A stretch of DNA of 64,000 nucleotides, taken from an uncultured Acidobacteriota bacterium (GTDB lineage: Bacteria; Actinomycetota; Acidimicrobiia; Spongiisociales; ZC4RG35). This document shows positions 27,911 through 37,368 of the stretch, one piece after another (within the stretch, counting starts at the first letter, position 1; each line of letters opens with the position of its first letter). Made by a program: the position numbers and the translations under genes. The notes beneath the pieces were generated by a model. That model was not told the DNA's origin. It did no database searches and saw only the letters and a program-made list of their open reading frames with translations. The stretch is from positions 1 through 64,000 of the forward strand of contig CAWHEU010000024.1 of NCBI GenBank assembly GCA_963828465.1, read 5' to 3'.

Positions 27911-29050
27911 CTAGGTCAGCGAGGCCGCATAGAGCTCCCATTGGCCGGGAACTCCACGGAGGCTCACCGACCCCAGGGGAGCGAAACCGAGATCGGTTCC
28001 GGTGGCGAGATCGAGCACGGTTCGAGTCACCACGACCTGATTCGCCGATGCCGATCCCAGGGCTCGGGCCGCGATGTGAATCGCGATGCCGCCGACGTCG
28101 GCGTCGCGTACTTCGATCTCACCGGTGTGGATGGCCGCCCTCATCTCGAGTCCCATTCGAGCCAGGGCGTCGCGGAGATCGAAGGCACAGCGCAGCGCCC
28201 TGGTTGGCGCATCGAAGGTAGCCAGCACCCCGTCGCCTGTGGACTTGACGAACCTGCCCATCCAACGGTCGACTTCGGAGCGTGCCACCTCGTCGTGACG
28301 GTCGATGAGCCGTCGCCAGGCGCGGTCGCCGAGTTCCGCCGCCCGCCCGGTGGAGTCGACCAGGTCCGTGAACATCACCGAGGCCAGAATCCGATCCACG
28401 TCCTGTGCGGCTTGCAGGGAGCGCACCTGTTCCTGGGTCCAGGCGAAATCCGCCACGTATCGGCTGGTGGGCTCCTCCCGTTGCGGTTGATAGGTCAGGA
28501 GAACGACTCCAGAGCTGAAGGTGCGGGTAGCGACGAGTTGCAGATAGCGGGTGTCGATTCCGTCGCGGAACATGTGCTTCCCAGAGCCCAGGATCGTGGG
28601 GTAGATGAGAAGCCGGTATTCATCGACGAGGTCATGCTCGAGCAAAAGGTCCACGAGGTCTGCGCTGCCGTAGACGACCAGGTCACCACCCGCCTGTTTC
28701 TTGAGATCGATCACGTGGCTGACGACATCGCCGTTGATCAGTGTCGAATTGCTCCAGTCCGCTCTCGTCAGAGTGTTGGAAACCACATATTTGGGGATGC
28801 CGTTGACCCGCTCGGCAAGCTCCTCATCACCGGTGGCTGTTGGCCAAAAGGCGGCCCAGATCTGATATGTCTTCCGACCCAGTAGGTAGGCGTCAGCGGT
28901 GAAGGCCTGGTTCCGGTTGTATTCCTCGTCGTCTTCATTCTGAACCCGCAGCGCCCAGGCGTTTCTGCCATCGCGGTGCTCATCGAAGCCGGGGGCTTCG
29001 ATCACACCGTCCAGGGTGACGAACGCGGTGACGACAAGCTTCACAGTCAC
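27911..29050 (-). CDS. RibD_C/DHFR-like domain fused to a class III cyclase domain
   Basis: N-term TLDG, LGRKTY, PKYVVS and GSADL; C-term FTDLVDST, KSTGDG and HIAAR, all in one frame. Confidence 0.85.
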   Translation of the reverse strand: MTVKLVVTAFVTLDGVIEAPGFDEHRDGRNAWALRVQNEDDEEYNRNQAFTADAYLLGRKTYQIWAAFWPTATGDEELAERVNGIPKYVVSNTLTRADWSNSTLINGDVVSHVIDLKKQAGGDLVVYGSADLVDLLLEHDLVDEYRLLIYPTILGSGKHMFRDGIDTRYLQLVATRTFSSGVVLLTYQPQREEPTSRYVADFAWTQEQVRSLQAAQDVDRILASVMFTDLVDSTGRAAELGDRAWRRLIDRHDEVARSEVDRWMGRFVKSTGDGVLATFDAPTRALRCAFDLRDALARMGLEMRAAIHTGEIEVRDADVGGIAIHIAARALGSASANQVVVTRTVLDLATGTDLGFAPLGSVSLRGVPGQWELYAASLT

Positions 29051-29144
29051 GCATTCTGCCCCGGCGGCCGTCCTGAGGCGGGTCGGGCACGGCCGGCACC
29101 CTCGCTCTAGTGAGCGAGGGAAAGGCGGTTTAGAATCACGGTGG

Positions 29145-29768
29145 GTGAACGTGGGAAGCAGATCTTCTGGACTGGGGGCCAAGCGCGTCTTCGATGCGGT
29201 TTTGACCCTGCTGACCGCACCTGTATGGGTGCCGGTTCTGTTGGTCATCGCGCTCCTGGTCCGTCTGTTGCAAGGTCCGCCGGTCTTCTTTCGTCAAACC
29301 CGCCCCGGCTATCGGGGCAGACCGTTCCGACTGGTCAAATTCCGCAGCATGTCGGACAAACGGGATGCCGACGGCGATCTACGCCCTGACAGCGAGCGCA
29401 TCTCATCGATCGGAAAGTTTCTCCGTCAGACGAGCCTCGACGAGCTCCCCGAGTTGTTCAACGTTCTCCGGGGGGAGATGAGCCTGGTCGGCCCGCGGCC
29501 CTTGCTGATGGAGTACCTCGATCGTTACACGCCGGAGCAAATGAGACGACATGACGTGCCTCCCGGCGTGACCGGATGGGCACAGGTCAATGGGCGCAAC
29601 GCCTTGACATGGGATGAGAAGTTCGAGCTGGACACCTGGTACGTGGACAACCGCTCGATCAGCCTCGACCTCCGCATTCTGGGCCGGACGATCGGGCAGG
29701 TGTTGGCCAGGGAAGGGATCAGCGCCGAAGGCCACGCCACCATGCCCAAATTCGGGGAGGAAGCGTGA
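29145..29768 (+). CDS. Small phosphoglycosyl transferase (bacterial sugar transferase, PglC-like)
   Basis: KRVFD, KFRSM, SLDELPEL.NVLRGEMSLVGPRP and PGVTGWAQVNGRN motifs. Confidence 0.93.
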   Translation: MNVGSRSSGLGAKRVFDAVLTLLTAPVWVPVLLVIALLVRLLQGPPVFFRQTRPGYRGRPFRLVKFRSMSDKRDADGDLRPDSERISSIGKFLRQTSLDELPELFNVLRGEMSLVGPRPLLMEYLDRYTPEQMRRHDVPPGVTGWAQVNGRNALTWDEKFELDTWYVDNRSISLDLRILGRTIGQVLAREGISAEGHATMPKFGEEA

Positions 29769-30669
29769 GTGACGCCGCCGCCCGATACCGGGCCATGCTC
29801 CGGATTCGCCGATTCGAGGAGACGATCCTCGACAAGTTCCCCACCGGTGTGTTTCACGGCACCACTCACACCTACATCGGCCAGGAGGCCAACGCGGTTG
29901 GGATCCTCGACCACATCAGGGAGGGCGATTCGGTGTTCTCCAACCACCGCTGCCACGGGCATTTCCTTGCGTACGGCGGCGACATGCGCGGCCTCTTCGC
30001 TGAGCTGATGGGGAAGGCCACGGGAATCTGTGGAGGCCGTGGCGGCTCCCAACACATCCACTGGCGCCGCTTCTACTCAAACGGCGTACTCGGCTCCGCC
30101 ATCCCGGTGGCTACCGGAATGGGGCTGGCAGGCCGGTTTCGAGGTGACGACGACATCGTCGTGGTCTTCATGGGAGACGGTGCCATGGGCGAAGGTGTGA
30201 TCTACGAGGCCTTGAACATGGCGGCCCTGTGGCGGGCGCCGGTGTTGTACGTGGTGGAGAACAACCGGATCGCACAGACCACGCCGATCGAGTTGGCCAT
30301 GGCCGGAAGCATTCCCGGCCGTTTCGAGGGCTTCGGCGTACCTGCGCTCGCCATCGCCTCGTCCGACGTCGACGAGATCTCGTTGGCCGCATCGAAGGCG
30401 ATCGCAGAGGTCCGGGACGGCGGTACTCCTCAGGCACTGGTCATCGACACCAACCGTTTCGCTCCTCATTCCAAGGGCGACGACACGAGGCCCCAGGAGG
30501 CGATCGAAGCGCTGTGGGCGACTTCCGACCCGATTGAGATCCACGCGTTCCCGGCTCGATCCGCAATCAGCGTGAGGAACTTGTCGCCGAGGTGGCCGAG
30601 GAAGTGTCCCAAGCATTCGCTGTCGCCCTCGCCGATCCGGAGCCCGACGTCGAAGTGGGGGCGGCATGA
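29765..30669 (+). CDS. TPP-dependent dehydrogenase E1 alpha subunit (frameshifted near 30550-30567)
   Basis: GQEA, NHRCHGH, GGRGGSQH, GDGA..ENN and HSKGD motifs; C-terminus QREELVAE..GAA* lies in another frame. Confidence 0.85.
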
Positions 30670-31694
30670 GCACCGTCCTCGAGTCGCTCAACGCCGGCCT
30701 CCATGGCGCCATGGAGGCCGAAGAGAATGTGTACATCCTCGGCGAAGACGTCCTCGACCCATATGGGGGCGCCTTCAAGGTGACTCGGGGCCTGTCGACG
30801 GCATACCCGGACCGTGTCATAACCACCGCCGGTATCCGAGGCCGGTTTTGTCGGCGTCGCCACCGGGCTCGCCCTCAGTGGCCTTCGCCCGGTGGTGGAG
30901 ATCATGTTCGGCGACTTTGTCACCCTTATCACGGACCAGGTGATCAACGGCCTGTCCAAATACGGATGGATGTACGGGGGGGCGCTCGAAATACCTCTAG
31001 TGATCCGCACACCGATGGGTGGCCGCCGCGGCTACGGGCCTACTCACAGCCAAACCCTGGAGAAGCTGTTCCTCGGCGTTCCCGGGCTTGCGGGTGCTGG
31101 CACCTTCCGCTTTCACGGATCCGGGCGGGCTGCTGCGGGCGGCGATCGACGATCCCGGACCGGTCTTGTTCGTGGAGAACAAGCTCCAATACCAGAGGCG
31201 GCTCGATGACCCCGCCTTCTCTGCTCTCGAGACACGGGTGCAGGCCCAGGAGGGCTACGCCACGGCAGCCACAGTGAGTGTCGCGGGCGCACCGCGACCC
31301 CAGTTGACCATCGCGGCCTACGGCGACATGGCGGAGAGGGCGGCCGAGGCCCAGCTGAAGATGGCCTACGAGCTCGAGATCTTCTCAGAGTTGGTCGCCT
31401 TGGAACAGCTGGACCCGCTGGGTCCCAGCGGGGATCTCCCACGCGCTCTCGCCGACTCGCTTCGGCAGACCGGGTGTTTGCTCACCGTGGAGGAGGGCAC
31501 GCACACTCATGGGTGGGGTGCCGAAGTAGTGGCGAGGGCCGTGGAGACCTCACCGCAGAAGCTCGTCGATCGCCCGGGTAGCTGCGTTCGACAGCCCGGT
31601 GCCGGCCTCCCGGGTGCTGGAGGCGTCCGTCCTGCCCGACGTCGACGTCATAGTCGGCGCCGCTCAGAAACTCGTTGCCGCACTCGATGGCTGA
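30666..31694 (+). CDS. TPP-dependent dehydrogenase E1 beta subunit (three frameshifts)
   Basis: GEDV.DPYGGAFKVT, P.SEAGF, EIMFGDF, GPTHSQ, FVENK and VEEG..GWGAE motifs spread over frames; shifts near 30828, 31089 and 31568. Confidence 0.8.
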
Positions 31695-32763
31695 TCCGGT
31701 CGTCGTCGAGGTCCCGCTCGTCAATCCCAACGAGCCGGACGCTCTCGTCGTCGACGTTGCGTTGCCCGAAGGTGGCCATGTCTCGGCTGGGGATGTCCTT
31801 TGCTCGCTCGAGACCTCGAAGTCGGTCGAGGACGTCTACGCCGAAGTGTCGGGATACGTCTTTGGACTGGCTGCCAAGTTGGGCTCGACGGTGACAGCCG
31901 GCAACGTGCTGTGCTACCTGTCTGAGGACCCGCAATGGACTCCGCCGGTCGACGACGAGGGAGATCAGGGTGACGATGTCCCCGAGGACCTGCGGATCAC
32001 GGAGCCGGCATTGGCGGTCGCCAGGGAGCTCGGGCTCGACCTGAGCACGCTGCCGGTTGGGGTCCTGATCACCGAGCGTCACGTTCGTGAAGCGTCCGAT
32101 GTTGGCCGGGTGGAAGCGCCACCTGCCGATCCCTCCTCGGTGATCGTCTTCGGCGCCGGTGGCCACGGCAAGACGCTGATCGAGCTCATCCGGGAGGCCG
32201 GGCAACTGGAGCTAGTTGGCGTCGTCGACGACCGTTCGGCCAGAGGCTCGGACATTCTGGGCATCCCGGTGCTGGGCAATCGCGACGATCTGGCCTCGAT
32301 ACGGCGTGATGGCATCGGACTGGCAGCGAACGCGATCGGCGGCATCTCCAACATGGCGTCGCGTGTCGAGGTGTCTCAAGCACTCGCCGCCCGTGGGTTT
32401 GTCCTTCCAGCGCTCGTCCACCCCACGGCCTTCGTCGAGGCCAGCGCCTCGATCGGCGAGGGCGCCCAGATCCTGGCTCACTCCTACGTCGGTTCGGATG
32501 CAGTGGTGGGCAAAGGGGTGATCGTCAACACCGGTGCGGTGGTGTCACACGATTGTGTTCTCGAGGACCACGTCAACCTCTCCCCGGGTTGTCTTCTCGC
32601 CGGGGGGATCACCGTGGGTGAGGCCACGTTGCTGGGTATGGGGGTCACGACATATCTGGGGATCAGCATCGGTGACAACGTCCGGGTTGGGAACGGCGCG
32701 ATCATCACTGCCCCGGTGCCGGATGGCCGGAGGATCGCGACCGGCTCTGTTTGGGAGGGCTAG
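31687..32763 (+). CDS. Lipoyl domain + subunit-binding domain + PglD/NeuD-type hexapeptide acyltransferase fusion
   Basis: LETSKS..V.AEVSG (lipoyl Lys), PALAVARELGLDL..ITERHV (PSBD), FGAGGHGK, NTGAVVSHDC and hexapeptide repeats in one intact ORF. Confidence 0.85.
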   Translation: MADPVVVEVPLVNPNEPDALVVDVALPEGGHVSAGDVLCSLETSKSVEDVYAEVSGYVFGLAAKLGSTVTAGNVLCYLSEDPQWTPPVDDEGDQGDDVPEDLRITEPALAVARELGLDLSTLPVGVLITERHVREASDVGRVEAPPADPSSVIVFGAGGHGKTLIELIREAGQLELVGVVDDRSARGSDILGIPVLGNRDDLASIRRDGIGLAANAIGGISNMASRVEVSQALAARGFVLPALVHPTAFVEASASIGEGAQILAHSYVGSDAVVGKGVIVNTGAVVSHDCVLEDHVNLSPGCLLAGGITVGEATLLGMGVTTYLGISIGDNVRVGNGAIITAPVPDGRRIATGSVWEG

Positions 32764-32795
32764 AACAACTGGCACCCGCGACAATCGGGCCGGTC

Positions 32796-33194
32796 ATGAG
32801 TTATGAGCTGCGCCCGGTCGGGCACGTCGAGTCCGATCTCACCGATCCCGCCATCGCGCCCAAACAGGGTGTAGAAGGAGGTCCGGAGGCCTGGCTCGTC
32901 TTCGAAGGAGAGTACGAGCCGGCGATGCGGGAGCTGACAGTAGGGGAGCGGATCCATGTGATCACGTGGTTGCATCTCGCCGACCGTTCCGTTCTGCGGG
33001 TACATCCCCGGGACGACGAGAGCCAACCCATGCGCGGTGTGTTCGACACGAGGTCGCAGGACCGGCCCAATCCCCTCGGCCTGCACACCGTGACCGTCCT
33101 CGCCGTCGAGGAGAACAGGGTGCTGGTCAGCGACCTCGAGGCGGTCGACGGGACACTTGTGATCGACGTGAAGCCCGTGCTTCGGACCGACTGA
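32796..33194 (+). CDS. tsaA: tRNA m6t6A37 methyltransferase TrmO/TsaA family
   Basis: GVFDTRSQDRPNPLG and DGTLVIDVKP motifs. Confidence 0.85.
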   Translation: MSYELRPVGHVESDLTDPAIAPKQGVEGGPEAWLVFEGEYEPAMRELTVGERIHVITWLHLADRSVLRVHPRDDESQPMRGVFDTRSQDRPNPLGLHTVTVLAVEENRVLVSDLEAVDGTLVIDVKPVLRTD

Positions 33195-33225
33195 GTCGGC
33201 AGGGGCGCCTTCCGTCGTTCGGCGT

Positions 33226-34356
33226 CTAGACGCTCGAAGGCGAGACGGGAGTCGGTTCGACCGGCACCGGCGCCGCTCTGCGAGGGCGGAAAGCGAGGAT
33301 CACCGCACCGAGACCGAAAAAGATGACGATGAGCCCGAGCCAGCCACCGACGACGGGGATCGAAGTCAGAGCCACGACCAGGACCAGACCGAAGATCAGG
33401 GCGGTCCATCTACGAGCAGCTGACTGGAGCGAGAACCCCATACTCGCCATACCGACCCATGTTGGGGCACCGAACCCAGCAGAGAGGAAGAGGAGGAAGG
33501 TCAGCGTCACGATCGCGACCAGAGCCGCGAAGACGATCGCTCCGACAAGATCGTTGAGTCCGACGAGCGCAAGCCCGATCGCCAGGAGCACCGCCACCAG
33601 GATCACGAGGAAGACCAGAACACCGAAAGCGATCACTCCGACGAAACCGAAGCCGAGAGATGCCCAAGGCCTCTGCCTCAGCATCAGGGTGGGTTCCTCG
33701 ACGTACCGGGGGGCAAGCCAAAGGAACAGTGCGGCGACCACGAGGAGGCTGATGAGCCGCTGCAGCGCGTCCACGACCCGATCGGTGGTGGTGGGCGGTT
33801 CCACCTCCCGGATCGTGACGTTCTCGGTCCCCGCCACGGTCCCCTGCCGGTCGTAGTCACCGGCGGCCCCGAGCACGTCACCCCCGACTGTGCCACTCAT
33901 GGTCATCCGACCGCTCCCGAACACCAGATCCTCTCCCACCTCACCCGAATCGGACACGGTGGTCTGTCCCGAGGCGATGAACAGGTCTTCACCGATCGAT
34001 CCGCTCACCGTTGTTTGTCCAGCGGCGACTCTCGCATCGCCTCCGATCTCTCCAGAGATATCTACGGCGCCGGCGGAGGCCATGAGGTCGCCACTCACGT
34101 CGCCCGATACGGTCACCTGGCCGCCGGCTGCGATCAGATCACCGTCCACCGTGCCTTCGATGAGGATCCGCCCACCCGATGCATAGAGGTCACCATCGAC
34201 TGTTTGATCTGCCGGGATTGTGATCTGGCCTCCTGACTGGAGCTTGCCGCCGAGCTCGGTTTCCTGTGCCACGGCGACCGAAGCGCCGGTCACCACAAGT
34301 AGGGCGACGAGGGCTAGCCTCCTGACGCCCCCGGTGTGACGGCTCGTTTGGGCCAT
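33226..34356 (-). CDS. Membrane protein with bactofilin-like (polymer-forming) beta-helix repeats
   Basis: Repeated (V/I)xGDLxAxGG units followed by about 5 TM helices. Confidence 0.75.
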   Translation of the reverse strand: MAQTSRHTGGVRRLALVALLVVTGASVAVAQETELGGKLQSGGQITIPADQTVDGDLYASGGRILIEGTVDGDLIAAGGQVTVSGDVSGDLMASAGAVDISGEIGGDARVAAGQTTVSGSIGEDLFIASGQTTVSDSGEVGEDLVFGSGRMTMSGTVGGDVLGAAGDYDRQGTVAGTENVTIREVEPPTTTDRVVDALQRLISLLVVAALFLWLAPRYVEEPTLMLRQRPWASLGFGFVGVIAFGVLVFLVILVAVLLAIGLALVGLNDLVGAIVFAALVAIVTLTFLLFLSAGFGAPTWVGMASMGFSLQSAARRWTALIFGLVLVVALTSIPVVGGWLGLIVIFFGLGAVILAFRPRRAAPVPVEPTPVSPSSV

Positions 34357-34409
34357 GGAGCCCCGCCCTACCCATCAATGGCCAGGGGTAAACCCCCTCA
34401 GTGCAAGGG

Positions 34410-34847
34410 TCAGGTCTGAGGGCGAACCGTTGGCTCTTGCGATTGGTCAAGCATCGCGGCCCAAGACATGTGAAGTTGCCGCAGATGAGCCGGCGGAATG
34501 GAGTCAGAGGTGAGCAGAGCCAGCAGTTCGTCGTCGATCCCAAGCCGCACGAGTCGAGCCACATCCTGCCAATTCTTCAGCTCGACGGGGTCGCCCTGGT
34601 CACCCATCTCAACCATTTCGAGCAAATGCTCCGGCACAAAGGCGGATCCGATCCGCTGCCAGGCCAAGGCGTACATATCTGCGCGGACAGGGAGCATCTC
34701 AGAGGCCGCTCGCCAGGCGCCGGCATGGAAGGACTCCTCGATCGTCCCCCGTGCCGCGGCCAGCCGGAGTCGGTCGTCATCCGTCAGCGCCCTGGCCCGC
34801 TCGACCAGGGCGTCGATCATCTTCTGAGTCTGGTCTCGGTCGGTCAC
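34410..34847 (-). CDS. Hypothetical protein
   Basis: Only protein-like ORF in the interval; start uncertain. Confidence 0.55.
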   Translation of the reverse strand: MTDRDQTQKMIDALVERARALTDDDRLRLAAARGTIEESFHAGAWRAASEMLPVRADMYALAWQRIGSAFVPEHLLEMVEMGDQGDPVELKNWQDVARLVRLGIDDELLALLTSDSIPPAHLRQLHMSWAAMLDQSQEPTVRPQT

Positions 34848-34939
34848 TCGCGCCTTCGAACGTTTGCTTACGCGCCCTAGACGATGCGTCAGGCGGACGT
34901 GTAGGTTATCTCTCCTCTGCAAACGGAGAAGGAGGACAC

Positions 34940-36436
34940 ATGGCCGCCATCAGCCGTCGCGACTTCTTGCAGAAGGGTGCCGCCGCAGTTGTAGCCACTC
35001 TCGGTTCCACCATTGGGCCGTTCGCTGGGTTATCCGCTCGGGCTGCAACTGCAGGGCCCAAGTTCGCGGCAGAGAACGGAGGGTATGGACCGCTGATTCC
35101 GCTCCGCGACCTGCGGGATGGGGTGGAGCGGTTGTTCCTCCCGGAGGGTTTCAAGTATCGGTCATTCGGGGTTCGGAACACCTCGCTGACCGAAGAGTCG
35201 ACGTTGACTCCTGGTCGTCATGACGGGATGGCCGTGTTCTCCTGGAAGCAAGGGAAGGTTCGGATCGTCCGGAATCACGAGCAGACCCAGCCGAATCCGG
35301 TTGGCGTGTTCGGGAACGTCAGCCTCGCCTACGATCCTGCGGCTCCTGGGGGTACCACCACACTGGAGATCTCCCCGACCGCCGACGAGGTCAGCAGCTG
35401 GGTGAGCCTCAACGGCACGACTTTCAACTGTGCGGGTGGCGCCAGCCCGTGGGGGACCTGGCTGACCTGCGAGGAGACGCCGAATGGGATGGATCAGCAA
35501 CGCAGCTTCCTGGTCCTGCCCGGCCAACCGGACGATCTCACCTACACCCAGAAACACGGCTACTTGTTCGAAGTCCCTGTTTCGCGGGGACCCGGTGAGC
35601 TGGAGGTCGCCGAGCCGATCCGCTCTGCTGGGCGCTTCGCGGATGAGGCTGCCGCCGTCGACCCGACCACGGGCGATGTGTACATGACAGAAGACGACTT
35701 CGCATATGCATCTGGTTTCTATCGCTACCGGCCGCCCAACCGGCCGAAGCAGGACAAGCGGATAGCCGACGGAGGTGTCCTGGAAATATTGGGCGTGATC
35801 CCGCCCGGCGCCTCAGAACCGGTGACCATGGATCTTCACGCCGACCAGGCTCCAGGGGCCACCCATCAGGTGGGCTGGATCCGCATCGAGAATCCCGACC
35901 CGGCCTTTGCTCCTGGCCTGAGCAATGACGAAGCGGCACGCGTCGTCTTCCAGGAAGGAGAGTCCAACGGGGCGGCTCGATTCTCCCGGTTGGAGGGGAT
36001 GGACTACTTCAACGGGAAGATCTTCTTCGTCTCTACCGAGGGAGGCGGGCCTTTCGATTCGGACCCGCCTCCGAACGGAAGCGCCGGCTTTGGTGGCGGG
36101 TATGGCCAGGTCTGGATGTACGACATTTCCCAGGAGACACTGACGCTGGTGTTCGAGTCACCGGGGCCGGATGTGCTCGATTTCCCCGACAACATCATCA
36201 TTTCGCCGCGTCGTAAGAGTGTGATCCTCTGTGAGGACAGTTCCGGGGGCAACATGCTCCGGGCGCTGACGAGAGACGGGCTCATATTCGACTTCGCCTT
36301 GAACAATGTCGCAAGCGGGGTCGACGAGTTCTCCGGTGCCACCTTTGGACCCGGGGGCAAGGTGCTCTACGCCAACATGCAGGCCAACGGAATCACCTAC
36401 GCCATCTGGGGGCCCTGGAGCAACGGTCTGATCTAG
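34940..36436 (+). CDS. phoX: PhoX/DUF839 family alkaline phosphatase, Tat-exported
   Basis: SRRDFL Tat motif; HDGM, RNHE, NCAGG..PWGTWLTCEE, PDN and CED motifs. Confidence 0.85.
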   Translation: MAAISRRDFLQKGAAAVVATLGSTIGPFAGLSARAATAGPKFAAENGGYGPLIPLRDLRDGVERLFLPEGFKYRSFGVRNTSLTEESTLTPGRHDGMAVFSWKQGKVRIVRNHEQTQPNPVGVFGNVSLAYDPAAPGGTTTLEISPTADEVSSWVSLNGTTFNCAGGASPWGTWLTCEETPNGMDQQRSFLVLPGQPDDLTYTQKHGYLFEVPVSRGPGELEVAEPIRSAGRFADEAAAVDPTTGDVYMTEDDFAYASGFYRYRPPNRPKQDKRIADGGVLEILGVIPPGASEPVTMDLHADQAPGATHQVGWIRIENPDPAFAPGLSNDEAARVVFQEGESNGAARFSRLEGMDYFNGKIFFVSTEGGGPFDSDPPPNGSAGFGGGYGQVWMYDISQETLTLVFESPGPDVLDFPDNIIISPRRKSVILCEDSSGGNMLRALTRDGLIFDFALNNVASGVDEFSGATFGPGGKVLYANMQANGITYAIWGPWSNGLI

Positions 36437-37032
36437 GCAGAGGCGGGCGGACCCTCGAGCACCCTTGGGACATACTCGAGGAGCTGGATGCTGTCGTCGA
36501 ACGTCCGGCTGGCAACCATGTCGAGGGCGACATCGGGATATCCGTCATAGATCCGCTCGCGACCGGTCTTCCCGGTGATCACGGGGAAGACGACCACGCG
36601 ATAGCGGTCCACCAGGCCCGCCTCGAGGAGCGACCGGCACAAGGTCAGGCTGCCCAGTGTGCTCATACCGGTGGCGTCCCGCTTCATCGCTCCCACAGCC
36701 TCGACTGGATCCTCTCTGATGAGCTGGGTATTGGCCCACGCCAGTGGGTTCTCCAAAGTCGAGGAGAACACCACCTTGGGCGATCTGGTGAGTTCAGCCA
36801 TCGCGTCGTCCTCGTTGGTTCTCTCGTCTGATTCCGAAGTCTCGGATTCGGCGGCGAATCCATACATGAGCCGATACGTGTTCGCTCCCATCAGGATCGT
36901 GTAGTCGCGATCGGGTCGCTCGTCTAGCCAGGCGAGATACTCGGGGGCCTCGAGTCCCCACCACCCGGGCCAGCCTTCTGCGGAGGCGTAGCCGTCAAGC
37001 GAGATGATGAAGTCCACCACTAGTTCCTGCAT
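36433..37032 (-). CDS. Dihydrofolate reductase-like (RibD_C) family protein
   Basis: ISLDG, MGANTY, KVVFSSTL and GLVDRY motifs. Confidence 0.88.
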   Translation of the reverse strand: MQELVVDFIISLDGYASAEGWPGWWGLEAPEYLAWLDERPDRDYTILMGANTYRLMYGFAAESETSESDERTNEDDAMAELTRSPKVVFSSTLENPLAWANTQLIREDPVEAVGAMKRDATGMSTLGSLTLCRSLLEAGLVDRYRVVVFPVITGKTGRERIYDGYPDVALDMVASRTFDDSIQLLEYVPRVLEGPPASA

Positions 37033-37160
37033 CTCTCTCTCCTTCTTGATGGCGGGAAACCTCGATTACCCGCCCCGAGGATCGGGAAACAACGAAGTCG
37101 ACGGCGGTACGGCATCAGATACCAGCTTGGCGCCAGAACAGGTCAGTCGGGATATGAGTA

Positions 37161-37183
37161 ATCCCCTGTAACTAGCAGGGGAT
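37161..37183 (-). terminator. Hairpin downstream of the tRNA pair
   Basis: ATCCCCTG..CAGGGGAT inverted repeat just 3' of tRNA-Phe. Confidence 0.55.
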
Positions 37184-37189
37184 TCTCCG

Positions 37190-37262
37190 TGGTCAGGGAC
37201 GGCGTCGATCCGTCGACCTCCGGTTTTTCAGACCGGCGCTCTACCGACTGAGCTACCTGACC
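37190..37262 (-). tRNA. tRNA-Phe (GAA)
   Basis: Cloverleaf with GGTCAGG/CCTGACC acceptor stem and CCGGT-CTGAAAA-ACCGG anticodon arm; CCA not encoded. Confidence 0.93.
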
Positions 37263-37293
37263 TCCAAACCAAACCCTAAATGGCTTTGGTCGG

Positions 37294-37368
37294 CGGGAGC
37301 GACGGGATTTGAACCCGCGACCTCCGGCTTGACAGGCCGGCGAACACTCCAGGCTGTTCTACGCCCCC
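37294..37368 (-). tRNA. tRNA-Asp (GTC)
   Basis: GGGGGCG/CGCTCCC acceptor stem, CCGGC-CTGTCAA-GCCGG anticodon arm, GGTTCAAATCC T arm. Confidence 0.95.

Noticed and set aside
19173-37190. Genomic island integrated at tRNA-Phe
   Set aside because: The genes look accessory, but I found no integrase, no duplicated tRNA 3' end and no obvious compositional shift.
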